A stretch of 64,000 nt of DNA from a bacterium (lineage in GTDB: Bacteria > Hinthialibacterota > Hinthialibacteria > Hinthialibacterales > Hinthialibacteraceae): contig CAXXMV010000002.1 in NCBI GenBank assembly GCA_963662285.2, positions 512,001 to 576,000 on the forward strand, read 5' to 3'. The notes beneath the pieces are model-generated. The model ran no database searches. It had not been told where the DNA came from and was given only the letters and a program-made list of their open reading frames with translations. The position numbers and the translations under genes are program-made. Below, in pieces: positions 61,541 through 64,000 of the stretch (position 1 is its first letter; every line of letters begins with the position of its first letter).

Positions 61541-63523
61541 TTATTCAGGCAACGCAGTTTCCCCATCAATATCTAAATAAAATAATAGAGCATTATCTTT
61601 ATTATCAACGCTACTCAATAATTGTCCATTCTCTCGTCGAGATAAGTATTGGTATTCATCATCTCCCGCCATATCTACAAAAAAACCGAATGTTGGCCAT
61701 AACCCACGCAATGTTTGATTTAACTCGTTCTGCGCTGCGCCTGCGCCAAGGCCATTATCCACTTTATAGTTATCATTTCCAGTCTGATCAACAAATAGAG
61801 CGAAAGAATTCGAGAAACTGCATCCCAGCGAGGCATTTAATGCATGATACTGATCATTTCCAGCTAAATCGGCGAAAAACCCCAATGAGAAATCTGTCCC
61901 GCTGCCGCCCATCATATAATGCGAGGTCTTATATATATCATCACCCGATTTATCAATCAAGAAGCCGCAGCCCTGATGCGCCGCTGATCCCATGGCATAC
62001 CAGAGAGCCGAGTAGATATCGTCTCCTTCCAGATCAGCTAGAATCCCTATGCCAAAACCTATACCGGCGCCTTGCGCGAAAACGCTTGCTTTATAGAGAT
62101 CATCACCCTTCTGATCAAGCAGAATACCGACGCCCCCGGAAAGAGAATGTCCATCTGCGTTAGGACCGAATCGCCCTGTACCAAAGCCCTGAGAGGCGGA
62201 TGAATTGCGATCCTTTAATTGTGCAGAAGGATTGATGACCGGCGTACAGCTCACGATATACTGGTCGTTTCCGCTGGCGTCATGAATCAGACCTGCGCCG
62301 CCTATTCCTCCATAGGCCTGTGAATTAAAAACCGAATGATAGGTATCATTTCCATCAAAGTCCAATAACACCGATATCCCCATTTCTGATGCGCCCAGGC
62401 TTAAGGATTCCGTATTGTATTGCGAGTCGCCTGCTGCGTCGTATAATATTGAAACGCCGCAAAACGAGTATCCAAAACACCGCCTTATTCCACTAAAGCA
62501 ATCCGCTTCTGAACCAAGGTCGAAGAGACCGGCGAAGCCCAGCAATCCGCAAACCGGGCCAAAATCCACGGCATCGCTTTTATATGCGTCTGATCCTCCC
62601 AGGTCGAAAACTACCGAATAGGGCAGCGCCGCATCGCTCCTGGCGTAAGCCCCGCTATAAACGTCATTGCCGCCGCAATCCATCAACAATAATGGCGCAT
62701 TAGCATAATTATGAGCGTCATCCGCCATGCTGGATACGATTATTTCTCCCAAGGGAGTTTGCAACACCAATGTTTGATTAAGATCATTCTCTTTATTCCA
62801 TTCATAATTATTCATGAAATAATTGAACATGGAGCACATTTGAGCGCTGGCGCGAAAGATCGATTTCCGGTCGCTCTCTGTAATCAATCGTTCAAAATAA
62901 ACGATTTCTGAAGGTTCAAAGTCATTCTTCTGCGCTAGATTCTTAAGCAGATTCAAATCGCAGATTTCTGCAAGAGAATTACGTCCCAACTGCATCCACG
63001 GATATGATTGCTGCAATTGCCAGACAAAATGATATATAAACAGCGCGACATCCTGAGGAAGAGATTGAAAGAATAATCTGGCCGCCTCACTCTTGTCTGA
63101 TGAAAATGATTGGCCTGTATAATTATAAAGAACCTCCAGAACATCAAGAAAATCATCCGGTTTAGGTTCAGTGGTTCTATATTCAAATGCCGGTATCAAG
63201 CCAATTCGTTGGTTAATTAAAATAGATGCATTATTGACGTAATACTCAAAATGATGAGTAGAAGCCGATAGATTGGTCGCCAATCGATAAATCAAATCTC
63301 CTGATTGGAGAGGGGATTTAACCAGGATTTCATGCAAAGGCAGTAAAGCGGTGCTGGACGATAAGCGCATTTTGGATGAATCTATAGAAATATCTTCAAC
63401 AGACAGGCCGGTCTCGCTAACTATGATCTCTTTCACCCTATCGGGTAAAACAAGAGTTTCATCGCTATAGCAACCAAAAGCAGATATAAAGAACAAAAAG
63501 CATAAGATTATTAAGTGTAACAT
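61541..63523 (-). CDS. Secreted protein with about 12 DxxG[ND]DxY Gly-rich repeats
   Basis: Signal peptide from MLHLII; repeats such as MDCGGNDVY, LDFDGNDTY, LDQKGDDLY and VDMAGDDEY. Confidence 0.72.
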   Translation of the reverse strand: MLHLIILCFLFFISAFGCYSDETLVLPDRVKEIIVSETGLSVEDISIDSSKMRLSSSTALLPLHEILVKSPLQSGDLIYRLATNLSASTHHFEYYVNNASILINQRIGLIPAFEYRTTEPKPDDFLDVLEVLYNYTGQSFSSDKSEAARLFFQSLPQDVALFIYHFVWQLQQSYPWMQLGRNSLAEICDLNLLKNLAQKNDFEPSEIVYFERLITESDRKSIFRASAQMCSMFNYFMNNYEWNKENDLNQTLVLQTPLGEIIVSSMADDAHNYANAPLLLMDCGGNDVYSGAYARSDAALPYSVVFDLGGSDAYKSDAVDFGPVCGLLGFAGLFDLGSEADCFSGIRRCFGYSFCGVSILYDAAGDSQYNTESLSLGASEMGISVLLDFDGNDTYHSVFNSQAYGGIGGAGLIHDASGNDQYIVSCTPVINPSAQLKDRNSSASQGFGTGRFGPNADGHSLSGGVGILLDQKGDDLYKASVFAQGAGIGFGIGILADLEGDDIYSALWYAMGSAAHQGCGFLIDKSGDDIYKTSHYMMGGSGTDFSLGFFADLAGNDQYHALNASLGCSFSNSFALFVDQTGNDNYKVDNGLGAGAAQNELNQTLRGLWPTFGFFVDMAGDDEYQYLSRRENGQLLSSVDNKDNALLFYLDIDGETALPE

Positions 63524-63732
63524 ACACTTCCCCGATATATGAACCACAAATAGCTTGCATGCAGCAAATCTAAGTGATAAATTTAACTCGCAATATTTCA
63601 TGATTTTACATCATATTTATTAATCAATCTGTAAGTAAGGACTGTTTATATCCGGATACTCCAATATTATGTAGTCTCTTCTTCGAGGTTTTTTTTCTTA
63701 ATAGGCTTTTTTTTCTAGCAAGGAGATCATTT

Positions 63733-64000
63733 ATGCGTGCTGTGATTCTAGCCGGTGGATTCGGGAAACGCTTATTTCCATATACATTAGTTCTGCCTAA
63801 ACCTTTGATCCCCATTGGCGATAAACCGATTATCGAAGTAGTAATCCGGCAACTAGTCTCACGCGGCTTCGACCATATCACAATCGCTGTGGGATATCAT
63901 GCTGAACTGATCATGGCCATCGTTGGAGATGGATCAAAATACGGCGTTGCCATCGATTTCTCAATGGAAGATAAACCATTAAACACCATTGGACCATTGA
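63733..64000 (+). CDS. Sugar-phosphate nucleotidyltransferase (partial; runs off the window end)
   Basis: MRAVILAGGFGKRLFPYTLVLPKPLIPIGDKPI; AGGAG RBS. Confidence 0.9.
   Translation, partial: MRAVILAGGFGKRLFPYTLVLPKPLIPIGDKPIIEVVIRQLVSRGFDHITIAVGYHAELIMAIVGDGSKYGVAIDFSMEDKPLNTIGPL

Overview
Bacterial chromosomal window with moderate GC and AT-rich intergenic regions. I found no transposase, integrase, prophage, CRISPR array or rRNA. In order it contains: a multi-component phosphorelay/CBS/DASS-transporter operon; an unannotated 39-aa basic protein; a complete hoxEFUYH+W bidirectional [NiFe]-hydrogenase operon; tgt; two cytoplasmic histidine kinase/sigma54-activator modules; LemA; a secreted CotH kinase; sucC; an M1 aminopeptidase; a VIT-vWA-SNase-like protein; a pentapeptide-repeat protein; a Maf/DUF115 protein; rfbB; a frameshifted and a truncated gene; a KamA-family radical SAM enzyme; two GT-C (TMTC/PMT-like) glycosyltransferases; tRNA-Gln(CTG); NhaC; an exported ADP-ribosylglycohydrolase; a PpiC foldase; an M48 protease; a SigW-like ECF/anti-sigma/PspC operon; MscS; an MFS transporter; a GGDEF protein; and a partial nucleotidyltransferase. 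Strongest novel signals: (1) a short V-x-[ND]-W-x-[LI]-[YH] motif ending two unrelated exported proteins and sitting in the sorting-signal slot of a third, a candidate protein-sorting signal; (2) an orphan sigma54 promoter with tandem activator-like sites driving a ~70-nt C-rich small RNA beside a PAS kinase/bEBP pair; (3) further candidate non-coding RNAs (a strong-promoter ~85-nt RNA, a 6S-like RNA, a switchable kamA leader); (4) a GGDEF gene flanked by a duplicated terminator whose stem substitutions are all G-U compatible. All calls come from reading the sequence by eye; no database searches were run.
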